Notes: generated from the sequence alone by a model not told the origin. Shown: positions 1 to 12,321, counted from the first letter of the stretch. The stretch: DNA of 64,000 bases from Parcubacteria bacterium C7867-007 (GCA_001189195.1 LFCQ01000003.1:71059-135058), one strand, 5' to 3'. Numbers and translations are program-made.

Positions 1-1
1 T

Positions 2-1252
2 CCCCTCGAACTGGGCGAGGACAGAGATAAGCTGTTTTGTGTCAGTTGATTCCTTGTATCCATCCTTAAGACCCTCTAGCACATTAAGTACTGATGTTTG
101 TGCACAGAGTATGATGCTCAGCACCAATACAAATAGCACCTTCATGCGTAGTGCTGAACCAAACCGTGCAACGAAAAGTGCATAGGCATAGGTGCCAACC
201 AGCACCATTGAGGAGAGATAGAACCATACTGATGCACGTGCGAGAAGATACTTCGCAAGGGGAGTGAATTCAAGAACAACACCAATGAGTGAAAGGATGA
301 GTGTACTCCACCACAATGCCATCCACACGCTGAGAGCGGGTGATGGAGGAAGTATCTTTTTCCTCTGGCACCATGCCCACAATCCTAGGACTAGAACAAC
401 ATAGATAATCTGCTTGCGCAGATAATGCAGGAGGAGATACGACCATGAGTGCAGTACTTCGGTATAGTGCTCCATCACAATGGCAGGGTTGGGAGGTGAG
501 AACTGCCCGATTCTGAACAGAACGTCATATATTGCAAGAGGAGACGCAGCCAAAAACACTACTCCATACAGGATAAATTCAAGCTTGATTGAACGAGTAC
601 GTATAACTTCTGCAAAGAGCACGATTGCAGCGACATGGAAGAATATAACCGGATACCAGTTCGAGAAGAGCCCTAGTGCAGCAAAGAAAAGTATGAACTT
701 GGTACGTGAACCCTCCTCAACACCTTTAAAATACAAAAACAGTAGCCAGACAATAATTCCAAGACCCAATTCCTTTGGCACGAAACCCTTAACAAGAAAG
801 CCCCACCCGGAAAGTCCAAGTGAGATAACAGGAATACAACTCACAAGCGCAATACTGAATGCAAGTGCTCTGTTGCGTGTGGTGTATAGCACGAGTGCAT
901 ACACACCCACAAGGAAAAGGACCAGTGATACTGCTGATATGAAAATACTCCAGTCAAGAACACCAACACCAAAGAAGTCTCCTATTTGTACAAACACGTT
1001 ATCTATGAACAACTGACCTGTTGGCCATGAACGGTTATTCTGGAACATGGTGTCGTTCACAAAGTTTCCCTCGTACGAACCCGAGAACTCACTCCAATGC
1101 ACCGTATGCACAAAAGCATCTGATGAAAGTTGATACTTGAGTGGTACACCTGAAACAGCAACGAAGGAGAGGTTTAAAAGAAGGGCGCAGAACAGGACAA
1201 TACCAATCAATATAAAATCGGTCTTGTACCGATCTAGTCCGCGCCAGTGCAT
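2..1252 (-). CDS. Multi-pass membrane protein, partial (runs off window start); possibly glycosyltransferase/polymerase-like
   Basis: Manually read open frame from ATG at 1252 (MHWRGLDRYKTDFILIGIVLF...) with many hydrophobic segments and no stop before the window edge; TATACT -10 just upstream on the minus strand. Confidence 0.7.
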   Translation of the reverse strand, partial: MHWRGLDRYKTDFILIGIVLFCALLLNLSFVAVSGVPLKYQLSSDAFVHTVHWSEFSGSYEGNFVNDTMFQNNRSWPTGQLFIDNVFVQIGDFFGVGVLDWSIFISAVSLVLFLVGVYALVLYTTRNRALAFSIALVSCIPVISLGLSGWGFLVKGFVPKELGLGIIVWLLFLYFKGVEEGSRTKFILFFAALGLFSNWYPVIFFHVAAIVLFAEVIRTRSIKLEFILYGVVFLAASPLAIYDVLFRIGQFSPPNPAIVMEHYTEVLHSWSYLLLHYLRKQIIYVVLVLGLWAWCQRKKILPPSPALSVWMALWWSTLILSLIGVVLEFTPLAKYLLARASVWFYLSSMVLVGTYAYALFVARFGSALRMKVLFVLVLSIILCAQTSVLNVLEGLKDGYKESTDTKQLISVLAQFEG

Positions 1253-1297
1253 TGGTTAGAAGTATAGCAAATATATGTATGCGCTATACTTAGAGGC

Positions 1298-1705
1298 ATG
1301 AACACCAGATTTGTAAAACTCTTCCTTGTTACACTTCCTATTTTAGTAGTGATTGATTTCCTATGGGCCGGCATTATTGCCATTGATTTCTATCGTAGTC
1401 AGGCAGGTGACCTTATTACGATGACACCAAACATCCCGCCACTCGTGTTGTTCTATCTTATATACACAACAGCAATTACATACTTTGTGCTTCGTCCTGC
1501 ACTTGCTGCACGATCATTCAAACTGCTTCTCATTAACGGTGCACTTCTTGGTCTCACCGCATACGGTACCTACGATCTTGTTACGCTTGGTCTAACACCA
1601 GGATGGACCACACTTCTAACGATTGTAGACATTATCTGGGGTATCGTCCTCACCACTGGTGTATCAGCGATTGTGTACAGTATCGCAACACGCTTTAAGA
1701 TTTAG
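1298..1705 (+). CDS. DUF2177-family small membrane protein
   Basis: 4 TM segments, GALLGLTAYGTYDL and DIIWG motifs typical of DUF2177. Confidence 0.8.
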   Translation: MNTRFVKLFLVTLPILVVIDFLWAGIIAIDFYRSQAGDLITMTPNIPPLVLFYLIYTTAITYFVLRPALAARSFKLLLINGALLGLTAYGTYDLVTLGLTPGWTTLLTIVDIIWGIVLTTGVSAIVYSIATRFKI

Positions 1706-1714
1706 TTCAGCTAT

Positions 1715-1747
1715 AAAAGAACCTCCGCATTGTGCGGAGGTTCTTTT
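1715..1747. terminator. Bidirectional intrinsic terminator
   Basis: AAAAGAACCTCCGCA-TTG-TGCGGAGGTTCTTTT perfect inverted repeat between convergent genes. Confidence 0.85.
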
Positions 1748-2813
1748 ATTTGCCTCGTCCGTAGTATTTCTTCAATAACTTAACGTGTCCTTCGTATGTG
1801 GGACTGCAGTGGAATTGGCTATCTGCATCATGGAAGTAGAAGAGACAATCTGTTTTCTTGGGATTGAGTGCCGCAACCACCGCAGCAACTGATGGGTTTG
1901 CTATAGGGCCCGGAGGAAGTCCTTTGTTTTGATACGTGTTGTATCGAGACTTTATATACTTATCCTTCGGTACCACAGGTGGCCACCATGTACCCTGTTT
2001 GCCGGTAGTGGCATTTGCCTTTGCGTATTGCAGTGTTGCATCAATCTGGAGATTCATTCCCAAGAATATACGATTCCAGATAATACCGGAGATAAGGCGC
2101 ATGTCATCCCAACCACCAGCTTCACGCTCGATAAGTGATGCAACCGTTAGGGCGTCTGCAACGGGAACTTGTTCTTCGGTACTCGTGCTGTACCGAGCAA
2201 GAATATCTTCTTGGAACCGATGATTTAGAAGGAGTTCAACATCATCAGGGTCAGTGACACTAAGGAAATAGGTACCAGGAACAAACTGTCCTTCAGGGAG
2301 ATCCGTATCACGCGCAGCAGCATGCTTCATGAATTCAGCACGCTCTGCTGCAGTCCAACCAAGGGTATCGCCTATGAGCTTTGCGACTTGTTCTTTTCTA
2401 TATCCGGGCTTAATAGTTATGAAAAGGGTATTTGCACCCGCTAGTTGGCGGTATGCAGGAATGTTAGAGATTGCCACCGCAACCTTGGTGAAAATATTGT
2501 CTGCCTGAATTGCAGCTGCAGTGAGAGAAGTTGGTTTGACATCAAGCAGAGCTTCAACCTGTGGGTTTTCAATAATAGTTTTGTTTGCAGGATCAACCGT
2601 AATGGTGAACTTAGGAGGAGGTGGGCGAACCGCATCTTGAATGGAAAGATCCACCACTAAGATGGTGGGTAGCGAAAAGAAACCGATCACGAGCACCAAT
2701 GTACTCGCCGCAACAGGGAGTATATTCAGTGCACGTTTCTTCGGCGATGAATTCTTGCGAGACGAACTAGTACCCTTGGGTATTAGCGAGCCGGGAAATT
2801 TCATCTGCGGCAT
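1746..2813 (-). CDS. mltG: Endolytic transglycosylase MltG (copy 1)
   Basis: ASLIEREA, LQIDATLQY, YNTYQNKGLPPGPIANP motifs; N-terminal TM anchor. Confidence 0.85.
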   Translation of the reverse strand: MPQMKFPGSLIPKGTSSSRKNSSPKKRALNILPVAASTLVLVIGFFSLPTILVVDLSIQDAVRPPPPKFTITVDPANKTIIENPQVEALLDVKPTSLTAAAIQADNIFTKVAVAISNIPAYRQLAGANTLFITIKPGYRKEQVAKLIGDTLGWTAAERAEFMKHAAARDTDLPEGQFVPGTYFLSVTDPDDVELLLNHRFQEDILARYSTSTEEQVPVADALTVASLIEREAGGWDDMRLISGIIWNRIFLGMNLQIDATLQYAKANATTGKQGTWWPPVVPKDKYIKSRYNTYQNKGLPPGPIANPSVAAVVAALNPKKTDCLFYFHDADSQFHCSPTYEGHVKLLKKYYGRGK

Positions 2814-2915
2814 TAAAGATATTGTAACTAAGAAATCAACATCGCGAAACGTATTTGTCCACTGATTTCATTCTCCTTGTATAGACATACGTTCAGGGGG
2901 TGGTACGTTCAAGCT

Positions 2916-3461
2916 ATGAAGTCCCCGGCTACACCTCCTTCATATACTGATCGTTTCACTTCGTGGATCGGTTCACGTGCATCACTTGTTGCTCACACCA
3001 TATTCTTCGCTGGTTGTTTCTCTACAGCGCTATTTGGTCTGGTCACGCTTGAGACTATGCTCCTTGTTCTCACCACTGCCGTCTCACTTGAGGCAATCTA
3101 TCTGGCCATCTTCATTCAGATGACAGTGAACGCTAACACCGCAAGTCTCCGTGAGGTGGAGGAAGATATTGATGAGATTCAAGAAGATGTGGAAGAACTC
3201 GGAGAAGATCTCGATGAGATTCAGGAGGACATTGGTGAGATTCAAGAGGACGTGGAGGAGATCAGTGAAGACATTGATGAGATTCAAGAAGATGTTGAGG
3301 AACTAAGTGAAGAGGAGAAGGAAGAGGAAAAGCAAGAACTCGCAAAGGCAGAGCGCAAGAGTGTGAAGAAGGCAGCTAATGAGGCAGAAGTACTGGAACA
3401 GTTAACTCATGATGTGGCGCGCATTCTTTCAGAGCTTGAGGCACTGAAGAAGGGTAAGTAA
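2916..3461 (+). CDS. DUF1003-like membrane protein with acidic heptad coiled coil
   Basis: Two TM segments with LTTAVSLEAIYLAIFIQM followed by ED(I/V/L)xE(I/L)x repeats. Confidence 0.7.
   Translation: MKSPATPPSYTDRFTSWIGSRASLVAHTIFFAGCFSTALFGLVTLETMLLVLTTAVSLEAIYLAIFIQMTVNANTASLREVEEDIDEIQEDVEELGEDLDEIQEDIGEIQEDVEEISEDIDEIQEDVEELSEEEKEEEKQELAKAERKSVKKAANEAEVLEQLTHDVARILSELEALKKGK
3162..3308 (+). repeat. Seven degenerate 21-bp tandem repeats (heptads EDIDEIQ/EDVEELG...)
   Basis: GARGAYRTNGRNGARMTNNNN-type units read directly in the sequence. Confidence 0.85.
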
Positions 3462-3506
3462 AAGGAGAACCCGCCCGGTTTATGACACGGGCGGGCAAAT
3501 CTTCAG

Positions 3507-3794
3507 CTAGACGAGCTCGCAAACATTCTTGTGGAACTGTAGGTACATTCCAAGTGGAATATGTTCCCAGTAGGTGGCCACACCCTCGCGGTCGGCTGCA
3601 CGCAAGGCAGCAATAGCCTTTGACCGTAAAACGATGTAGCCATCTCTATTCTGATTGCCAATGGTTCCGGCAATCGGATTTGCTCGTAACTCCTCTTCGG
3701 TTACGAGCGGTATGATGACCCCTACCCATTGCTTTCGAACCCCAACGGGAGCCAGGGTACCTGGGGGTGTCTTGATAATGCGGATAGAACTCAT
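3507..3794 (-). CDS. Hypothetical protein (SD-led stand-alone gene)
   Basis: AAGGAGG 5 nt before ATG at 3794; hairpin CCCGCCCG..CGGGCGGG (~3469-3496) downstream. Confidence 0.7.
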   Translation of the reverse strand: MSSIRIIKTPPGTLAPVGVRKQWVGVIIPLVTEEELRANPIAGTIGNQNRDGYIVLRSKAIAALRAADREGVATYWEHIPLGMYLQFHKNVCELV

Positions 3795-3894
3795 CAGTGC
3801 CTCCTTGCGACTGGTTGCGTGCACCTTAGCATGTGAGGGCAGGAAATGCTCGTTTGGTCATATCAATCCAGACTGATACCATAGAGAAAAGGCT

Positions 3895-4656
3895 ATGGAG
3901 CATGCAGAAAAGGGTATTCACGTCGTCCTGAAGGCGGAGCAGCTCGGCACGTTCTTAGGCTTGCCTATCACAAACTCCTTGATCATGACGTGGATTGTCA
4001 TGGCAGTGCTTATTGGGTTCGCACTTATATTCCGTTCCAAGATCGCCATGATTCCTGGCAAACTACAGGCAGGAGTGGAGTGGCTCTTTGAGAGTGTTCT
4101 CAATTATATGACGGAGACTCTGGAAGACGAGAAGATGGCCCGAAAGTTCTTCCCGCTCATCATGACCATTTTCCTGTTTCTATTGGTTGCGAATGAACTT
4201 GCCTTCATCCCTGGTGTTGGAACCATAGGCTTTACCCACCATGGAGAGTTCCTTCCATTGCTGCGTGCTCCCGCTGCAGACCTTAACCTAACGCTCGCTT
4301 TGGCAATTATCTCGTTTGTAACGATTGAGGTTACGGGTGTGATTGCCCTAGGCTTTTATAAGTATGCGGGCAAATATGTTAATTTTAGTTCACCGGTGAA
4401 CTTTGTGGTGGGCATCATCGAGCTCCTTTCAAACCTCGGGCGACTTATCTCATTCTCCTTCCGTCTCTTTGGAAACATCTTTGCGGGAGAGGTGATGATT
4501 CTCGTGGCAGGATTCTTTGTTGCATACCTGCTACCGGTGCCGCTTATAGCGTTTGAGGTGTTCGTTGGCTTTATCCAGGCAGTGGTGTTCTCCATGCTCA
4601 CCCTGTTCTTCATCAAGCTGGCAATCATGGAACCGCATGGGGAGGAAGCGCATTAG
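3895..4656 (+). CDS. atpB: ATP synthase F0 subunit a
   Basis: SFRLFGNIFAGE and FIQAVVFSML motifs; operon position. Confidence 0.97.
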   Translation: MEHAEKGIHVVLKAEQLGTFLGLPITNSLIMTWIVMAVLIGFALIFRSKIAMIPGKLQAGVEWLFESVLNYMTETLEDEKMARKFFPLIMTIFLFLLVANELAFIPGVGTIGFTHHGEFLPLLRAPAADLNLTLALAIISFVTIEVTGVIALGFYKYAGKYVNFSSPVNFVVGIIELLSNLGRLISFSFRLFGNIFAGEVMILVAGFFVAYLLPVPLIAFEVFVGFIQAVVFSMLTLFFIKLAIMEPHGEEAH

Positions 4657-4703
4657 CGCACCTCTCAATGCGGCTCCGGGATGGAGCAGTATTACTTAAC
4701 TAA

Positions 4704-4946
<243 letters not shown>

Positions 4947-4958
4947 TACACATTCTTC

Positions 4959-5405
4959 ATGGATCAGCTCTTCGAAGCATTCGGCATTCAACTCCCCTTG
5001 CTGCTCGCACAGCTAGTGAACTTTGGCGTGCTCTTCGTTGCTCTCACATACCTGCTGTATAAGCCGGTTATGAAGGCTCTTGATGAGCGCCGTGCCAAGG
5101 TTGCTCAGGGTGTGTTGGATGCAGAGGAGGCAGCACAGAAGCTTGCATCTGCAGACGAAGAAGCATCGACCACCGTGCAGACGGCAGAGCGTGAGGCAGA
5201 AGGTATCGTTGCCAGTGCTCGTGAAGAGGCAGGTAGTGAAAAGACTCGCATTGTGAAGGAGGCTGAGGCACGTGCCGCAAGTGTTGCAGCAGATGCAGAA
5301 GCACGTGCAAAGGAGACTGCAGATAAGTCTCTTCGTGAAAGTGAGAAGGAAATCGCACGCCTTGCCATGCTTGCTGCAGAGAAAGCAATGCGCAAGGAAT
5401 CTTAA
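4959..5405 (+). CDS. atpF: ATP synthase F0 subunit b
   Basis: N-terminal TM, YKPVMKALDERR, long Ala/Glu coiled coil. Confidence 0.95.
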   Translation: MDQLFEAFGIQLPLLLAQLVNFGVLFVALTYLLYKPVMKALDERRAKVAQGVLDAEEAAQKLASADEEASTTVQTAEREAEGIVASAREEAGSEKTRIVKEAEARAASVAADAEARAKETADKSLRESEKEIARLAMLAAEKAMRKES

Positions 5406-5406
5406 T

Positions 5407-5769
5407 ATGGAGAAGGCATACGCACAGGCAATACAGAAACTCCTCAAGGAGCCTCATGCTGATGAAGCAAAGATCGTTAAGAATCTCGTTTCTCATCTTG
5501 AGGCAACAGGAAAGCTGAAGATGCTGCCGCGTATCAATCGCGAACTGAAAACATTGCTTGCGCGTGAACTAAAGCCGTCTGTGGAAGTTGCACACCGTAG
5601 CGAAGCGGACCAAGCGTTAAAGGAAGCAGCTAAAGCAGGTATCCATACAGAGCACGCACACATTAATCCATCCCTCATCCATGGCTGGCGTGCACGCCAA
5701 GGAAGTACGCTTGTTGACCACTCCGGCAAGCGTGCACTGATAGATCTCTATCGCCGTATCACTGCATAA
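5407..5769 (+). CDS. atpH: ATP synthase F1 delta subunit (short form)
   Basis: Position between atpF and atpA; C-terminal INPSLIHGW...LVDHS resembles the OSCP/delta C-domain; start at ATG 5407. Confidence 0.8.
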   Translation: MEKAYAQAIQKLLKEPHADEAKIVKNLVSHLEATGKLKMLPRINRELKTLLARELKPSVEVAHRSEADQALKEAAKAGIHTEHAHINPSLIHGWRARQGSTLVDHSGKRALIDLYRRITA

Positions 5770-5788
5770 TTATTTATTTACCACACGT

Positions 5789-7345
5789 ATGGAAAGCATC
5801 ATCAAACGTATCGAAAGTGAGATCGCCGGCTTCACTCCCAGTGGCAGTACGGAGGAGACGGGTATCGTTCGCACCACCGGAGACGGTATTGCGGAGATCG
5901 ATGGACTCCAGAATGCACTCATGAGTGAGATGGTGCTCTTCGATCCAACGTTTGATCGTTCTCTTGAGGCTGCACTCAAGGATGCTGATCCTATATATGG
6001 TCTTGTACTTAACCTTGAAGAAGATGGTGTGCGTGCCGTTATTCTAGGAGATGCCTCAAAGGTGTATGAAGGAATGCTCGTACGACGCGTGGGGCGTCTT
6101 CTTTCTATTCCTGTGGGTGAGTCCCTAATCGGTCGTGTTATTAACCCCCTTGGTGAGGCAGTTGATGGCAAGGGAGCAACACATGCAAAAGATATTCGCC
6201 CTATCGAACGTGAAGCGTATGGCGTTATGGATCGTGCAAGTGTTAATCAGCCACTGCATACCGGTATCAAAGCTATTGATGCCATGATTCCGATTGGTCG
6301 TGGACAGCGTGAGCTCATCATTGGAGATCGCGGTGTGGGAAAGACGGCCATTGCTATAGACACCATTCTCAATCAGAAGTCTGAGGACCCTAAGACCCGC
6401 CCTATTTGTATCTATGTGGCAATTGGTCAGAAGGAATCAAAGACTGCAAAGATTGTTGCACAACTCGCAGATGCGGGTGCAATGGAATACACCATTGTTA
6501 TTACCGCACCTGCATCAAGTCCTGCTGCCTTCCAGTTCCTTGCACCATTTGCTGGAGCAACAGTAGGTGAGTTCTTTATGGAGCAGGGCAAGGATGCACT
6601 CGTTATCTATGACGATCTTTCCAAGCATGCTGTGGCATATCGTCAGATGTCATTGCTCCTTCGTCGTCCTCCAGGTCGTGAAGCATATCCGGGAGATGTG
6701 TTCTATCTCCACTCACGTCTTCTTGAGCGTGCCGCAAAGCTTTCCAAGGAAAAGGGTGGTGGCTCCCTCACCGCACTTCCTGTTATTGAAACTCAGGAAG
6801 GAGATATCTCTGCATACATTCCAACCAACGTGATTTCAATCACTGATGGACAGATCTTCCTTCTTGCAGACCTCTTCAACAAGGGACAGCGCCCAGCTAT
6901 TGATGTGGGCAACTCAGTGTCTCGTGTGGGTTCTTCTGCACAGACCAAGGCAATGAAGAAGGTCTCGGGAAAGATCAAGCTTGAGCTTGCCCAGTTCCGT
7001 GAACTGGAAGCATTCATGCAGTTTGCATCAGATCTTGATGCAGAAACAAAGCAGCGTATTGATACGGGTCGTCGTATGACAGAGGTGCTTAAGCAGAATG
7101 TGGGTGAACCGCTTCCATTTGAAATGCAGGCAGCCGTTATCTTTGCCGCAACCAATGGATACTTTGATTCATTCGCTCCTGAAGAAACTCATGGTGCTGA
7201 GGTTCGTCTTCGCGACTATCTTGAACGTGAAGCAGATTCAGTCCTCACCGCAATCCGCACCGAGAAGGTGATTAGTGACGAAACTGAAGCAATACTTCGT
7301 TCTGTACTCGAGAAGTTCGTAGAACGATCTGGTGAGTCCAACTAA
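5789..7345 (+). CDS. atpA: ATP synthase F1 alpha subunit
   Basis: GDRGVGKT, RRPPGREAYPGDVFYLHSRLLER. Confidence 0.99.
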   Translation: MESIIKRIESEIAGFTPSGSTEETGIVRTTGDGIAEIDGLQNALMSEMVLFDPTFDRSLEAALKDADPIYGLVLNLEEDGVRAVILGDASKVYEGMLVRRVGRLLSIPVGESLIGRVINPLGEAVDGKGATHAKDIRPIEREAYGVMDRASVNQPLHTGIKAIDAMIPIGRGQRELIIGDRGVGKTAIAIDTILNQKSEDPKTRPICIYVAIGQKESKTAKIVAQLADAGAMEYTIVITAPASSPAAFQFLAPFAGATVGEFFMEQGKDALVIYDDLSKHAVAYRQMSLLLRRPPGREAYPGDVFYLHSRLLERAAKLSKEKGGGSLTALPVIETQEGDISAYIPTNVISITDGQIFLLADLFNKGQRPAIDVGNSVSRVGSSAQTKAMKKVSGKIKLELAQFRELEAFMQFASDLDAETKQRIDTGRRMTEVLKQNVGEPLPFEMQAAVIFAATNGYFDSFAPEETHGAEVRLRDYLEREADSVLTAIRTEKVISDETEAILRSVLEKFVERSGESN

Positions 7346-7350
7346 TCACC

Positions 7351-9658
<2,308 letters not shown>

Positions 9659-9661
9659 TCA

Positions 9662-9910
9662 ATGGCAAAAACCTTCCACCTAACGGTTGCACGAGTTGGC
9701 CAGAACCTGTTTGAGGGGCAGGCGAAGTCTGTAACAGTACCCGGTGCAGAAGGTGTTCTCACCATTCTTGCAGAGCATGAGGCCTTTGTGTCTCCTCTTA
9801 AACCGGGAACTATTCGTATTGAACCAGCAGAGGGTGAGGAGATCACGATAGTTATTGAAGAGAACGGTATTGTAGAGGTTTCAAGCAACCAAGCAACCGT
9901 ATTGTTGTAA
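9662..9910 (+). CDS. atpC: ATP synthase F1 epsilon subunit (N-terminal beta-sandwich only)
   Basis: VPGAEGVLTILAEH motif, last in operon, 82 aa. Confidence 0.9.
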   Translation: MAKTFHLTVARVGQNLFEGQAKSVTVPGAEGVLTILAEHEAFVSPLKPGTIRIEPAEGEEITIVIEENGIVEVSSNQATVLL

Positions 9911-9913
9911 CGT

Positions 9914-10543
9914 ATGCCCGGCGTTAAGCACATTATAAGTGCTGCAATCATTGTTCTTGTTATCGCAGGGGCACTATTCTTCTTGCGCTCCACAGACACA
10001 AAACCTAACCGTATGTCCTGCGCCACAGAGAAAACTACCATTGCAGTCTTTGGCGATAGTCTTGTCGCTGGGTATGGCGCTACAAAGGGAAATGATTTCC
10101 CATCTCTTCTTTCTAAACAGCTCGGAGCACCGGTGCAAAACTTTGGTCGCAACGGGGAAACCACTTCAAGTGCACTTGATAGAACCAATCAGGTGCTTCA
10201 GGCTAATCCCGACATAGTGGTGGTGCTTCTTGGGGGAAATGACGCGCTACAGCGGTTTCCCGTATCCACTACAAAACAGAACCTTGGCACTATTATTGAT
10301 ACGTTTCAGAAAGCAGGTATGAAAGTGGTGCTTGTGGGAGTGGCTGGCGGTTTTGGTTCTGATCCCTTCAAACCTATGTACGAAGAACTTGCGAAAACAC
10401 ATACTGTTACGCTTGTACCCAATATCTTGAAAGGGCTATTGGGAAATAACTCATTCATGAGCGATCAGATTCATCCCAATGACGCAGGGTATGCAAAGAT
10501 TGCGGATCGACTAGTTCCTGTACTTGAGGGTACGTGTGAATAA
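9914..10543 (+). CDS. SGNH/GDSL-family esterase (arylesterase-like), membrane anchored
   Basis: FGDSL, LGGND, DQIHPN blocks. Confidence 0.92.
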   Translation: MPGVKHIISAAIIVLVIAGALFFLRSTDTKPNRMSCATEKTTIAVFGDSLVAGYGATKGNDFPSLLSKQLGAPVQNFGRNGETTSSALDRTNQVLQANPDIVVVLLGGNDALQRFPVSTTKQNLGTIIDTFQKAGMKVVLVGVAGGFGSDPFKPMYEELAKTHTVTLVPNILKGLLGNNSFMSDQIHPNDAGYAKIADRLVPVLEGTCE

Positions 10544-10566
10544 ATACTGGCACACAGCGAACTCCT

Positions 10567-10842
10567 CTAAAAAAGATTGCTGTGCGTCCCAATATCTACA
10601 ACGACTACCACTTGAAGCGCTTCGTCTCTTTCATACTTAACAAGTAGATCAAAGTCCAAGTGACATTCGCGAAATTGTGAAAGGTCTCCCTTAAGCTGGT
10701 GATCTTTATATTTTGCGGGGAGGCTTGTACCTCTAATAAAATATTCAAGCAACACTTCAAGGTGCTTTCTATTAAACGAGCCGCTGTGGTCTAGCTTTTT
10801 AAGTGACTTCTTCGCAAGACGAGTGAAGCGAAGCTCATACAT
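10567..10842 (-). CDS. yafQ: YafQ/RelE-family mRNA interferase toxin
   Basis: DHQLKG, RECH, GTHSNLF C-terminus. Confidence 0.9.
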   Translation of the reverse strand: MYELRFTRLAKKSLKKLDHSGSFNRKHLEVLLEYFIRGTSLPAKYKDHQLKGDLSQFRECHLDFDLLVKYERDEALQVVVVVDIGTHSNLF

Positions 10843-10845
10843 GCA

Positions 10846-11115
10846 CTAGGGAATAATTTTAGCCAGTGCAGCTTTGGCGGAGGAGTATGATTTCCCTTTT
10901 TTCTTTGCATTTGCTGCTTCCCGCAGGAGTTGAGTTTCGTATGCTGAGGTAAGGCCGTTTACTGTTCGAGGAACAAAGGGGAGTCCCTGCTCTCGAATAA
11001 CCTGGGTAAGGTATAACTTCACACCGCTCGAAAGGTCGAGACCCATATTCTCAAATACTATTTGGGCTGCCTTCTTTGTTTTCGCATCAATGCGAACCTG
11101 GATAGTGGTAGACAT
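10846..11115 (-). CDS. dinJ: DinJ/RelB-family antitoxin
   Basis: IQVRID...K...F..MGLDLS...GLPF; directly upstream of the toxin. Confidence 0.9.
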   Translation of the reverse strand: MSTTIQVRIDAKTKKAAQIVFENMGLDLSSGVKLYLTQVIREQGLPFVPRTVNGLTSAYETQLLREAANAKKKGKSYSSAKAALAKIIP

Positions 11116-11121
11116 GGTCCA

Positions 11122-11155
11122 ATTCTATTTGTTTGAGATTTGTATGTCAATACAA
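11122..11155 (-). promoter_or_regulatory. dinJ-yafQ promoter with overlapping palindromic operator
   Basis: Minus-strand TTGACA-17-TAGAAT; palindrome TTGTAT-GTCA-ATACAA (11140-11155) covers the -35. Confidence 0.7.
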
Positions 11156-11263
11156 TATACGTACAGTGTCATAATTAATTTATTTTGTTTGGATCATCTT
11201 CTTAGACATTCTCCATGGACTGGAGAGAGGTAAAAACCTACGAATCCGGTATAATCTACACAT

Positions 11264-11494
11264 ATGGGTATACAAGACTTTCTGTTACGTCAGGCAATGA
11301 AGCATAAGATGAAGGATGTGCCAGAAGCACAGCGCGAACAAATAATGACGCTGGTGCAGAAGGATCCTGAACTGTTTAAAAAGATTGGCGCAGAGGTAGA
11401 GCGCCGTACCAAGGGTGGCGAGGATCAAATGAAAGCCACCATGGAAGTGATGAAGAAGTACCGCAACGAGCTTGCTGGACTCATGCAAAAATAA
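11264..11494 (+). CDS. Small hypothetical protein
   Basis: 76-aa helical ORF; TATAAT 8 nt before ATG (leaderless). Confidence 0.75.
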   Translation: MGIQDFLLRQAMKHKMKDVPEAQREQIMTLVQKDPELFKKIGAEVERRTKGGEDQMKATMEVMKKYRNELAGLMQK

Positions 11495-11518
11495 CTCTAA
11501 CCACTAACTCGTACACAC

Positions 11519-12097
11519 ATGAGCAAGAAGATATACATCTTAATGGGTAACCCGGACAAGGAGGGTACGCTTTCAAGTCAGATTGCTGATGTGTATGAAC
11601 AGAGCGCACGAGAAGCAGGTCATGATGTGCGCAGAACAAACCTAGGTGACCTACAATTCGATCCTATTCTCCATAAGGGATACAAAGAAATCCAACCACT
11701 TGAACCAGATCTTCTAAAGCTTCAAGAAGACATGAAGTGGTCTGACCATTTTGTACTCATCTACCCTGTATGGTGGTCTGCAATGCCTGCACTCCTTAAA
11801 GGAATGATTGATCGTGCATGGGTACCTGGATTCGCTTTCCATTTCCACAAAGATGGAATGGGCTGGGACAAACTCCTTGCAGGACGCACTGCGCGTATCT
11901 TTATTCTTTCAAAGAACTGGCCTCTTATTATCACCACGCTCTTTGGTGACTACACCAACGAGATCTCACGTGCCATCCTTGGTTTCTCTGGGTTCAAGGT
12001 AAAGATTAGTGAGGTTGGTATGAGTGAGAAGCTCAATGACCACCAGAAGGCGGACTGGATGAAGAAGATTGCAGTACTTGCAAAACAAGGAAAATAG
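11519..12097 (+). CDS. Flavodoxin-like NAD(P)H-dependent oxidoreductase
   Basis: YPVWWSAMPALLKGMIDR motif. Confidence 0.92.
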   Translation: MSKKIYILMGNPDKEGTLSSQIADVYEQSAREAGHDVRRTNLGDLQFDPILHKGYKEIQPLEPDLLKLQEDMKWSDHFVLIYPVWWSAMPALLKGMIDRAWVPGFAFHFHKDGMGWDKLLAGRTARIFILSKNWPLIITTLFGDYTNEISRAILGFSGFKVKISEVGMSEKLNDHQKADWMKKIAVLAKQGK

Positions 12098-12112
12098 GGT
12101 ATAAATACCTCA

Positions 12113-12285
12113 GCAGGACTGGTGCTCCTTCTTTGAAGAACAGCGGATGTAACGCATGCGAGTATGGAGCTTTCCATAATGAGAAGCTTTATCAGGTATA
12201 GCGCGATATTCTGCGGTCCAACGAAGTGGTAAGTGTGCGTGTCTGGGGTGAAGCGTGGCCCCATTGATCCTTAGCACGGTCCTGT
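12113..12285 (+). ncRNA. Candidate stand-alone structured RNA (~175 nt, 6S-like architecture)
   Basis: Closing helix GCAGGACTGGTGCT / AGCACGGTCCTGT, internal long irregular hairpin, -10-like TATAAA at 12100 and its own terminator. Confidence 0.55.
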
Positions 12286-12293
12286 ATTTCTCT

Positions 12294-12321
12294 GAGCCAC
12301 CCTTGCGTGGCTCTTTTCTTT
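12294..12321 (+). terminator. Intrinsic terminator
   Basis: GAGCCAC-CCTTGC-GTGGCTC-TTTTCTTT. Confidence 0.85.

Noticed and set aside
480-1016. 178-aa plus-strand ORF
   Set aside because: Antisense to a longer, clearly membrane-protein-like minus-strand frame (2-1252)
3853-3880. Further copy of the 28-bp repeat next to the 3507-3794 gene
   Set aside because: Only CCAGACTG matches; too weak to separate from chance
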